A stretch of DNA of 32,150 nt from a virus (taxonomy: Duplodnaviria; Caudoviricetes). The DNA is taken from the IMG/VR virus record IMGVR_UViG_3300034171_000104, positions 1 to 32,150 of that record. The stretch is one strand, 5' to 3'. The notes beneath the pieces are model-generated. The model did not search any database and was not told the DNA's origin. It was given only the letters and a program-made list of their open reading frames with translations. The translations under genes and the position numbers were made by a program. The number at the start of each line of letters is the position of its first letter. Positions within the stretch are counted from its first letter, which is position 1. This document shows, in pieces, positions 14,748 through 23,177 of this stretch.

Positions 14748-16495
14748 CTGAGCCGCGCAAGATTGATTGGAATGATCTGCACTGTGAGTTTGGCTTGGAG
14801 GCAGTACGGGAACAATTACTCAGGGCTGCAGCCAATGACCCGGTAGTGCGACAGGCAGGGCAGCCGGATGTGATGGATGATCTTCCCCCGGCCCCATCTG
14901 ATGCGTCAGCCTCTGGAAATCGGGCTACTCCTACTGAGGGGGACGGGGAGGGTTGGACACTGGAGAAGGTGACCGCCCGCTTCGCGTTGGTTGAAGGTGA
15001 GACCAAGGTGTTCGACCTGTACCGCAAGGCGACCATCAAAAAGACCGGCTTTGAGGCTCTGCTGGGCAAGCCTCTAGCGAAAAGCTGGTATGACCTGACC
15101 AACAAAAAGGGCATTGATGCTGACCACGCCAAGCGCCTCGAGAATGAGGCGAAGCTGGGCAGGCGACTGCAGAAGGTGACGGGCGAGAAGGGCCCGGACG
15201 TGTTCTGGCGCTATGTTTACCTGGATGGCTCGCAAGACATATACGACAGGCACCTGCGGCAACGCTTGCCGGCCGGTGCGGTGAAGCTGGCCCTGGGTGA
15301 TGCGTTTGCCACCTGGCAGAACGATGAGCGCCGGCGGGTAATCCCTGCGGAGAACCTGCTGTTTGATCCACGCATGACCGAATGCCCAGCCGATACCATC
15401 AACACCTTTGAGGGCTTGCCCCTTACCCCGAACCCCGATCATGAGCGGTGCATTGGCATCCGCAAATTGGTCTCGTTTCTGTGTAATGGCCAGGATGACG
15501 CGTTGCACTGGCTGATGTGCTTTCTGGCGTATCCGCTGCAGCAGGTAGGCGCGAAGCTGGACACGGCGGTGCTGATGCATTCGACCATGGAAGGCTCGGG
15601 CAAGTCGCTGCTGTTCGACAAGGTGATGCGGGTGATCTATGGCGAGTACGGCGCCACCGTGGGGCAGGCGCAGCTTGAATCAAGCTGGACGGCCTGGCAG
15701 GCCAATAAACTTTATGGCCTATTCGAAGAGGTCGTGAGCCGGGACCAGCGTTACAACCAGGTGGGCAAGATTAAACACATGGTGACGGGGGCGACTGTGC
15801 GCATCGAGTCGAAGTTCGTCAACGGCTGGGAAGAGGCCAACTACATGAATGCCATCTTCCTCAGCAACGAAATCATGCCCTGGCCGATCGGGGAGAATGA
15901 TAGGCGGATGCTGGTGTTGTGGCCGGAACGCACGCTGCCGGAGAAGGCCTCGATCCGTATCAAGTGGGAGTTGGCGAACGGCGGGGTTGAGGCGTTCTAC
16001 CACTACCTGCTGGAATACGATACCGGCGACTTCGACGAACGCACGCGGCCACCGCACACGCCAGCTCGGCAACGGCTGGTGGAGTTGAGCAGGGCGAGCT
16101 GGGAGACGTTCTACTTTCAGTGGCGAGCAGGGGAGCTGGGCGTACCCTTTGATATCTGCCTGACTCAGGATCTGCATGACCTGTTCCTGGAGTGGTGTGC
16201 CAAGCTCAAAGAGCATGCGATGTCAGGGACGAAGTTCAGCTTGTTCCTGTCCACGAAACCGGACACGTTCAAGACGACGACGCAGATCGGCTGGTTGGAT
16301 GACAATAAAGCCAAGCACCGATCGATCTTCTTCACGCCTTCCCCGCCCCCCAACCTGAAGCTGTCTGACGCGATTCAGGTGGGGCAGCAGGTGCACGCAT
16401 GGCGGCTCGCTGCGTGGCGGGCTGGGTGGAAGCCAGAGAAGTGGGAGAAGTGCGTGGGCTTTACTGCGCCGCTGGCGGGAACAGGGGGCCAATGA
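14744..16495 (+). CDS. SF3/D5-like replicative helicase (DUF5906-type)
   Basis: Walker A EGSGKS, Walker B LFEE, motif C IFLSN, DRR arginine finger. Confidence 0.85.
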   Translation: MTEPRKIDWNDLHCEFGLEAVREQLLRAAANDPVVRQAGQPDVMDDLPPAPSDASASGNRATPTEGDGEGWTLEKVTARFALVEGETKVFDLYRKATIKKTGFEALLGKPLAKSWYDLTNKKGIDADHAKRLENEAKLGRRLQKVTGEKGPDVFWRYVYLDGSQDIYDRHLRQRLPAGAVKLALGDAFATWQNDERRRVIPAENLLFDPRMTECPADTINTFEGLPLTPNPDHERCIGIRKLVSFLCNGQDDALHWLMCFLAYPLQQVGAKLDTAVLMHSTMEGSGKSLLFDKVMRVIYGEYGATVGQAQLESSWTAWQANKLYGLFEEVVSRDQRYNQVGKIKHMVTGATVRIESKFVNGWEEANYMNAIFLSNEIMPWPIGENDRRMLVLWPERTLPEKASIRIKWELANGGVEAFYHYLLEYDTGDFDERTRPPHTPARQRLVELSRASWETFYFQWRAGELGVPFDICLTQDLHDLFLEWCAKLKEHAMSGTKFSLFLSTKPDTFKTTTQIGWLDDNKAKHRSIFFTPSPPPNLKLSDAIQVGQQVHAWRLAAWRAGWKPEKWEKCVGFTAPLAGTGGQ

Positions 16496-16508
16496 TGCTG
16501 ATATATGC

Positions 16509-16790
16509 AAGGGTTGCTAGGCATGCGCTAGGGTTCGATTATCCAACCCTAGCACGCAAAACCGTATCCAGATCAAGCGTTTACAGCACCGCGCTAGGGT
16601 TGCACGGCTTACAGGCGCGCGGGCGCGTGAAAAACACGAAAACAGCCTTTTTAACGTTTTTTCTCACGCACAAGGAAATAACCCTAACAACCCTAGTAAC
16701 CCTAACACACCATATTAAAGATACTGATTTATATAGGTTTTATGGTGTTAGGGTTGGGTTAGGGTTTGGGGTATCTGTACTAGGGTCTGT
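16509..16790. repeat. Putative replication origin with (C/T)TAGGGTT iterons
   Basis: About 10 copies in both orientations around an AT-rich stretch (16711-16743), immediately after the helicase gene. Confidence 0.7.
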
Positions 16791-16808
16791 ATTGACAGGG
16801 GAAAGCCG

Positions 16809-17246
16809 ATGATTGAAGTGATTGAACGGGCGCTGATTGCCTGGGGCCACGAGTACCGCACCCGGGGCACCGTTGCGGCGTTGCCCTGCACGCTGGGCGC
16901 TGCCATCGAGAATAAGGGCGTGTTCATCCGCAGTACCGCGAAAGCAGGCAGCGGGGGGGTAGACTTGTATTCTGGTGACCTGGGTGCGGTGGGTAGTGCC
17001 GTGGAGGCTGCACTGGTTGCCATTCGACAACCAACGATTGCCGGTGGTCTGGGCCAAGGTGGTATTGAGCTGGTCAAGCTGGCAAGGGTGCGCTATCTCA
17101 CAGACCCTATGCCGCTGGTAGAACATCAGATGAAGCGCATGGGTTGGAGTTCAACCACTACCCAGGAGGCAAAGCTGCACCAGCTGCATGCGGCTATTCA
17201 GCCCATATTGTTCCGTGAATTGCCGTGGCTTAAGCGTGCGGCATGA
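16809..17246 (+). CDS. Putative late regulator (Q-like position)
   Basis: IERALIAWG N-terminus, RYL plus C-terminal helix pair; precedes a promoter-leader-terminator unit and the holin. Confidence 0.55.
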   Translation: MIEVIERALIAWGHEYRTRGTVAALPCTLGAAIENKGVFIRSTAKAGSGGVDLYSGDLGAVGSAVEAALVAIRQPTIAGGLGQGGIELVKLARVRYLTDPMPLVEHQMKRMGWSSTTTQEAKLHQLHAAIQPILFRELPWLKRAA

Positions 17247-17445
17247 AGATAATACTTACCGTTCGTCTGCCATTATATGCGCCCATTATGTGTGCAAGAC
17301 GTGTTGAACACAGCCCCGGCGCAAATGGCGAAAACAGGGGGTTTACGCCACTGGGGGTTTGAGCGTTAATAGCGGCTATCGTTGTATAGCTGAGCCCAAA
17401 GCAAGGTCAGCAAAGCGCCTTTCCCTGCTGGTTGGCACCGGCATC

Positions 17446-17480
17446 GCCCCGCCCACGTAAGTGACGCGGGGTTTTTTATT
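17446..17480 (+). terminator. tR'-like terminator before the late operon
   Basis: GCCCCGC...GCGGGGT followed by TTTTTATT. Confidence 0.7.
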
Positions 17481-17499
17481 ACCGTTAACTGGAGCCAGC

Positions 17500-17865
17500 A
17501 TGACTGATCACAACAACCTCGTTGAGCAGGCTACCAAGACAATCGCGGACCTGCCGCTATGGTTCGTCATCTGTCTTGCAATGGCAGCAGGTCTCAGTGG
17601 TGAGATGCTGCGGGCGAGTAGCCTAGTTGACCTTACATGGCGGCAACTGGTAGTCAGGATCGCAATGCGGTTCGGTGCTGCCGGCCTGGTTGGCTTGGGT
17701 ACATTCATGGCTGCCATAGCGTTTGATGTTCACGTCTACCTTGCCGCTGCCATGTGCATCTTCACTGCGGTACTCGGTGGCGACGTAGCGTCCAGCTTGA
17801 TTGAGCGGTATGCAGCTAAGCAGGTTGGCATCACGGGTGGCAGCGACGATCAAGCCAGTGGCTAA
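17500..17865 (+). CDS. Putative holin
   Basis: Three hydrophobic segments; first late gene; GGAG SD. Confidence 0.75.
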   Translation: MTDHNNLVEQATKTIADLPLWFVICLAMAAGLSGEMLRASSLVDLTWRQLVVRIAMRFGAAGLVGLGTFMAAIAFDVHVYLAAAMCIFTAVLGGDVASSLIERYAAKQVGITGGSDDQASG

Positions 17866-18211
17866 GCCAGAGGGGAGCGCCGCGCGCGGTTACGGTTATC
17901 GCTGGCAGCAAGCGCGTGACGCTCACCTTAGAGAGCACCCGCTGTGCGTGATGTGCAGCAAGGATGAGCGGCCTGTACCGGCTGCGGTAGTCGACCACAA
18001 GATCCCGCCGAGACTGAAAGAAGCCAAAGCTTCAGGGTTGCCGCAACAAATCGCGGCGGCTTGGAAGTTGTTCTGGTCTCGCAGTAACTGGCAGTCGTTG
18101 TGCAAGCATTGCCACGACTCTGCCAAGCAGCGCCTGGAGAAGTCTGGTCGCATTGCGGGCTGTGCCCTTGATGGCAGGCCACTTGACCCCTCACACCACT
18201 GGAACCGATAG
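17837..18211 (+). CDS. HNH endonuclease (terminase accessory); start uncertain
   Basis: RGYG.RW..AR..HL.EHPLCVMC, VVDH, NWQSLCKHCHD. Confidence 0.9.
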   Translation: MAATIKPVAKPEGSAARGYGYRWQQARDAHLREHPLCVMCSKDERPVPAAVVDHKIPPRLKEAKASGLPQQIAAAWKLFWSRSNWQSLCKHCHDSAKQRLEKSGRIAGCALDGRPLDPSHHWNR

Positions 18212-18371
18212 CAGCGCGCCGTTGATCACGCGATCGCCGCGAGCTGGCAGGACCAGGGGAGGGGGGGTGAAAAACTTAGAGTGTTATTTGACCTAGACCG
18301 CTCTCCCCTCTTTTCTCGCAAAATGGGCGTGAAAAATGGGAGGGGGGGTATCAATAATGGGGGTTTACGCG

Positions 18372-18899
18372 ATGTCTGGCAATAGCAATTCAGGCCGGCC
18401 GGGCATACCGGCGGCCCTTCAACTAATTCACGGCAACGCCGGCAAGAAATCGCTCGGCGCGCTAATGGAAGAGATTAAAAACCCACCCGTTCCTGTGGCT
18501 GCGCCGCCCATGCCTGATTGGCTGAGCGACAACGCTGTCGCGGAGTGGGAACGCATCATCGGGATCCTGTTGACGCTGGGCTTGGTCAGCAAGCTGGACA
18601 TGATGGCTTTGGCGACCTACTGCGAAGCGGCTGCTGACTGGCAGCGGTTTCGCCGAAAGATCGCTGAGCATAATGCCAACAACGATGACAAAGGGGATGT
18701 GCAGACATTCGCAACCGGGGCCAAACAGATAAGCGTTTGGCGGCAGCTGGCCAACGATGCAGAGAAGCGAGCAACCGCCGCTGGTGCACAGTTTGGCCTC
18801 TCACCCATGGCGCGCCGCAATCTGAAAACGACTCAGGCGCCGCAAGGCGAGCTATTCCCCAATGAGCCAAGAGAAGCAGCCAGCCAATACTTCACCTGA
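18372..18899 (+). CDS. terS: Terminase small subunit (P27 family)
   Basis: GR....LQLI.GN, P.PDWL...A..EW, LATYC, FGLSP.AR. Confidence 0.9.
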   Translation: MSGNSNSGRPGIPAALQLIHGNAGKKSLGALMEEIKNPPVPVAAPPMPDWLSDNAVAEWERIIGILLTLGLVSKLDMMALATYCEAAADWQRFRRKIAEHNANNDDKGDVQTFATGAKQISVWRQLANDAEKRATAAGAQFGLSPMARRNLKTTQAPQGELFPNEPREAASQYFT

Positions 18900-20694
18900 G
18901 ACGCAAGATCGGGTGACGTCGTTCGCGCACCAGGCGCTGGACGGTACGTTGGTAGTTGGGCCCGATGTGCGTAACGCGACAAAGCGTCACCTACGGGATC
19001 TGGAAACAGGCGCTGCGCGCGGCTTGATTTGGAGTGTCGAAGCGGCAAATCGCGCGATCGGTTTCTTTGAGGATGTATTGTTTCTCAACGGCGGGGAGTA
19101 TGAGGGTAAGCACTTCCTGCTAGCACCCTGGCAGTCGTTCGTTGTCGGTAGCCTGTTTGGCTGGCTGACCGCTGACGGGTACCGACGCTTTCGGATGGCG
19201 TTCATCGAGACCGGCAAGGGCTCCGGCAAGTCGCCCTTGGTAGCGGGCATAGGGCTATACGGGTTGGTGGCGGATGGTGAGCAGCGCGCCGAAATATACG
19301 CGGCTGCTACCAAGAAAGACCAGGCCATGATCTTGTTTCGCGATGCTGTGGCCATGGTTAATTTGTCGCCGCATCTGTGTTCGCGCGTGGTGCAGTCTGG
19401 CCGGGATGAGAAGGTCTGGAACCTTTACTACCCCAACAGCTTCAGCTTCTTCAAGGCAATCAGTTCGGATGAGGGCCAGTCAGGCCCTCGGCCGCACATC
19501 GGCCTGATCGATGAGGTGCACGAGCACAAGACATCCAGCGCGGTGGATATGCTGCGGGCCGGTACCAAAAACCGGCGTCGGGCAATGATCGTGATGATCA
19601 CCAACAGCGGTTCCGACAAGAAGACTACCGCCGGTCAGTACCACGATCTGGGAGTCAAGGTTTGCCGAGGCGACACGGACGCTGATAGCTTCTTCGCGTT
19701 TATCTGCTCGCTCGATCTGGATGATGATCCCTTCAAGGATGAAACGTGCTGGCCCAAAGTGAACCCTTCGCTGGACTTCATTGCTGAGAACCAGACCGAT
19801 GGGATCCCCGGCCGTAACTACCTGCGCGAACAAGTGCAGGAAGCACGGGGCATGCCCAGCAAGGAAGCGGTAGTCAGGAGATTGAGTTTCTGCCAATGGA
19901 CGCAAGCCACCTCACCGTGGATCGGCTTTGACGTCTGGAAGCAGGCAGAAGAGCGCGTGCCGATGAGTATGCTGCGCGATCGGCCGTGTGTTGCGGGCCT
20001 GGACTTGGCAAGTACCACGGACCTGACAGCCTTTGTGTTGTTGTTTTATCCGACTGAAGCAGATCCTTATTGGCGGCTTCTGCCGTACTTCTGGATTCCT
20101 GATCACGATCTGGATGAACGTGAGAAACGCGACCAGGTGCCGTACCGGCAGTGGATCAAGGATGGCGAACTGGAAAGCACTCCTGGCCGCGCGATCAGCA
20201 AGCTTTTTGTGCTGCGGCGGCTACAGACCATCTGCAACTTCTTTGACGTGCGCAAGGTCGGTTATGACCGCTGGCGTATCGAGGATCTGCTGCAGCTGAT
20301 GGATGAGCACGACGTAGTACTGCCTGAGCTGGCCCCGTTCGGTCAGGGCTACAAAGACATGGGCCCTGGCGTCGATGAGTTCGAACGGCGGCTTCTGGGC
20401 ATGGCTACAGAGCCCGCCACAATCGATCTGGATAGTGATGATTGGGACGTATTGGACGCGCCCACCGTGCATGAAGTGGTTGAGATGCTGCGCCATGATG
20501 GCAACCCGGTGATGACCTGGTGCGCCGGTAACGCGGTAACCACGGCGGATCCAGCGGGCAGTCGTAAGCCTGATAAGTCCAAGGCCACGGGCCGGATCGA
20601 CGGCATTGTCGCCGCTGTGATGGCTACCGGGGTCAGCGCTTCTGCCAATATCGGCGGCGGCAAATCCATATATGACGAAGGTGTTGGAATATGA
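18862..20694 (+). CDS. terL: Terminase large subunit
   Basis: GKGSGKS Walker A, LIDEVHEH Walker B, GLDLASTTDLTA nuclease motif, RIDGIVA. Confidence 0.95.
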   Translation: MSQEKQPANTSPETQDRVTSFAHQALDGTLVVGPDVRNATKRHLRDLETGAARGLIWSVEAANRAIGFFEDVLFLNGGEYEGKHFLLAPWQSFVVGSLFGWLTADGYRRFRMAFIETGKGSGKSPLVAGIGLYGLVADGEQRAEIYAAATKKDQAMILFRDAVAMVNLSPHLCSRVVQSGRDEKVWNLYYPNSFSFFKAISSDEGQSGPRPHIGLIDEVHEHKTSSAVDMLRAGTKNRRRAMIVMITNSGSDKKTTAGQYHDLGVKVCRGDTDADSFFAFICSLDLDDDPFKDETCWPKVNPSLDFIAENQTDGIPGRNYLREQVQEARGMPSKEAVVRRLSFCQWTQATSPWIGFDVWKQAEERVPMSMLRDRPCVAGLDLASTTDLTAFVLLFYPTEADPYWRLLPYFWIPDHDLDEREKRDQVPYRQWIKDGELESTPGRAISKLFVLRRLQTICNFFDVRKVGYDRWRIEDLLQLMDEHDVVLPELAPFGQGYKDMGPGVDEFERRLLGMATEPATIDLDSDDWDVLDAPTVHEVVEMLRHDGNPVMTWCAGNAVTTADPAGSRKPDKSKATGRIDGIVAAVMATGVSASANIGGGKSIYDEGVGI

Positions 20695-20879
20695 AACTGC
20701 TGCTTTTGATCTGCGCTTGGCTAGCCGGTCTGATTGGCTTTGGTCTGGTGGTAGGTGGGGTGGCTATTATCAACGTGCCGGCGGCGATGATCGTCTCTGG
20801 CCTCGGCCTGCTGGGCTGGTCCCGGCTGGCTGATAAAGCCTCCGCCCGCCTGGCTGCGCCGCCTAACGCGGGAGACTAG
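20691..20879 (+). CDS. Small membrane protein preceding the portal
   Basis: Two hydrophobic helices; usual position in HK97-like head modules. Confidence 0.7.
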   Translation: MKLLLLICAWLAGLIGFGLVVGGVAIINVPAAMIVSGLGLLGWSRLADKASARLAAPPNAGD

Positions 20880-20884
20880 CGTCT

Positions 20885-22159
20885 ATGTTTTTCAGTCAAC
20901 TGCTTGGACCCAGCACCGGAACGGTATCGGACGGCAGCAGTTCATTCTGGCAGGGGTTGATCGGTTCAGGTCGCGGCAACAGCAGTGGCGTGATCGTAAC
21001 GCCAGAAAGCGCCCTGGCGGTACCGGTGTTGCAGAACTGCGTCACGCTACTGGCTGAGAGTATCGCCCAGTTGCCGCTTGAGCTTTATATGCGCAAGGGT
21101 GAAGGGCAACGCGAGATAGCCATAAATCACCCGCTCTACGATGTACTGCGATACCAGCCCAACGGTTTCCAGACGCCGTATGAGTTCACAGAATGCAAAC
21201 AGATTTCGCTTGGGCTGCGCGGCAACAGCTACTCCTATGTAGAGCGTCGCGACGACGGCAACGTCACTGCGTTATGGCCGCTGGATAACGACAAGATGAT
21301 CGTGCGCAAAGGGGCAGACTTGCTCCCGTACTATCAGGTTGGCACATATCCAGAGCCGCTCCCCATGCGCCAGATACATCACGTGCGCTGGGTAAGCCGT
21401 AACCATTACGTTGGACTGTCGCCGATCGAGCTGCACACGGATGCGGTCGGGCTGGCTCAGGCGGTACGGCAATACACCGGTAAGTCTTTCGCCAATGGTG
21501 TATCGGTTTCGGGTGTCATCGAACGGCCCAAAGAGTCCACCGCAATCAAGGATCAGGCCAGCATTGACCGGATACTTGATCAGTGGGGCAGTAAGTTTGG
21601 CGGTATGGATAACGCCAAAAAGGTTGCCATGCTTCAGGAGGGCATGACCTTCAAGCCAGTCAGCATGAACAACGTCGACGCCGAGATTCTTGGCATCCTC
21701 AAAGCAACAGCGGCGGACGTGGCACGAATCTATAAGATTCCTCTGCCTATGGTCAACGACCTGGAGAAGGCCAACTACAACACGATTGAGCAGCTGCTGA
21801 TTCAGTTCGTGGTGTTCGCCTTGCTGCCGTGGGCTAAGCGCCACGAGCAGGCGATGATGCGCGACTTCCTGCTACCACAGGATCGTAAGAGCTACTTCAT
21901 CGAGTTCAACCTCTCGGGATTGATGCGCGGCGACCAGAAGAGCCGTTACGAGGCTTACGCCATTGGCCGGCAGTGGGGGTGGCTATCGGTCAACGACATT
22001 CGCCGCCTGGAAAACATGCCGCCGGTGGCTGGCGGCGATGTGTACTTGCAGCCGCTCAACATGATTGACGCGGGCAAATCCATGCCAGACGGCAACGACC
22101 CCAAGGTGCGAGCACAACTTGAAATGCAACGCGCCGAAATCGACAGGATACTGACCTGA
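20885..22159 (+). CDS. HK97-family portal protein
   Basis: LAESIAQLPL, HPL..L..QPN, GLSPI, GWLSVNDIRRLENMPP..GGD. Confidence 0.95.
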   Translation: MFFSQLLGPSTGTVSDGSSSFWQGLIGSGRGNSSGVIVTPESALAVPVLQNCVTLLAESIAQLPLELYMRKGEGQREIAINHPLYDVLRYQPNGFQTPYEFTECKQISLGLRGNSYSYVERRDDGNVTALWPLDNDKMIVRKGADLLPYYQVGTYPEPLPMRQIHHVRWVSRNHYVGLSPIELHTDAVGLAQAVRQYTGKSFANGVSVSGVIERPKESTAIKDQASIDRILDQWGSKFGGMDNAKKVAMLQEGMTFKPVSMNNVDAEILGILKATAADVARIYKIPLPMVNDLEKANYNTIEQLLIQFVVFALLPWAKRHEQAMMRDFLLPQDRKSYFIEFNLSGLMRGDQKSRYEAYAIGRQWGWLSVNDIRRLENMPPVAGGDVYLQPLNMIDAGKSMPDGNDPKVRAQLEMQRAEIDRILT

Positions 22160-23115
22160 TGAAAAGTTATCTAAGAGCATCCAGCCTGCTGTTCAATCAG
22201 CCGCTTCTGGTACTTCCCGACATGCTCGATCTGGGTGTGCGCTGGGCAAACCAGACCATGAACCTCAACATCATCAACCTCAACACAGGTGCGGCTGCAG
22301 GTCAGCCCTCGTTGCGCAGCGATGAGTCGATCGCGCTGCAGGTTGAGCAGCAGCAAGAGCAGCGCCGTGCCGGGATATCCACCACCGGCGTTGAGGTACT
22401 GCCGGTTCATGGTGTTCTGGTTAGCCGCGGTGCTCACCTGGACCCCTGCGAAACCATGACCAGCTATGAAGGTTTGCGTGCACAGCTACGCCAAGCGGTG
22501 GCTGATCCCATGGTTGAGCACATCGTTCTGGACATCGACAGCCCGGGGGGTTCGGCAACGGGCGCGTTCGAGCTGGCTGCGGATATCTGCATGTTTGCCA
22601 AACAGAAGCCCATCACCGGCCTGGTTAACTTTATGGCCTACAGCGGCGGCTACCTGATTGGCAGTGCCTGTACTGAGATGGTAGTCAGCCAGACCTCTGG
22701 TGTCGGATCCATCGGCGTTATTGCCAGCCACATGGACCGCTCCAAGATGGAAGAGAACATGGGCATCAAGGTGACCACCGTGTATGCCGGGGCGCACAAA
22801 AACGACCTTAGCCCACATGAGCCCATCAGCGAGCAGTCTCTCAAGTTTCTCAATGACCTGGTGCAGGAAAGCTACCAGCTCTTCGTTGGCGCGGTCGCGG
22901 AGTACCGAGGGCTTAGTCCTGAGATTATCCGTGCAACAGAGGCGGGACTGTACCGAGGTCAGGCGGCGATCAATGCCGGCCTGGCTGACCGGCTATCTAC
23001 CCCGCAGGATGCCGTCGACAACATCTCCCGTGCAGTAGCGCAGAGCAGAGCGAATCGTCAGTCGGGTCGCGTCAGCGTCCGGGCGGCTGCGATGAATATT
23101 CAAGCACGAATCTGA
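22159..23115 (+). CDS. S49-family head maturation protease
   Basis: LDIDSPGG, AYSGGY, GSIGV, AGAHK, GLAD. Confidence 0.92.
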   Translation: MKSYLRASSLLFNQPLLVLPDMLDLGVRWANQTMNLNIINLNTGAAAGQPSLRSDESIALQVEQQQEQRRAGISTTGVEVLPVHGVLVSRGAHLDPCETMTSYEGLRAQLRQAVADPMVEHIVLDIDSPGGSATGAFELAADICMFAKQKPITGLVNFMAYSGGYLIGSACTEMVVSQTSGVGSIGVIASHMDRSKMEENMGIKVTTVYAGAHKNDLSPHEPISEQSLKFLNDLVQESYQLFVGAVAEYRGLSPEIIRATEAGLYRGQAAINAGLADRLSTPQDAVDNISRAVAQSRANRQSGRVSVRAAAMNIQARI

Positions 23116-23138
23116 CCGCGTTCGCGGCAGTTAACCCG

Positions 23139-23161
23139 GCCCGCCTTGTGCGGGTTTTTTT
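23139..23161 (+). terminator. Intrinsic terminator before the capsid gene
   Basis: GCCCGC-CTTGT-GCGGGT followed by a T run. Confidence 0.65.
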
Positions 23162-23177
23162 ATGCCTTGGAGGCACT

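Noticed and set aside
16399-17126. ORFs 16399-16812 (+) and 16740-17126 (-)
   Set aside because: Their TLTTLVTLT and PNPNPTLTP sequences are translations of the origin repeats.
6110-17246. Many genes ending in ...AA-stop
   Set aside because: A by-product of an SD plus GC-rich spacer before ATGA overlaps, common in phage operons; not evidence of a new system.
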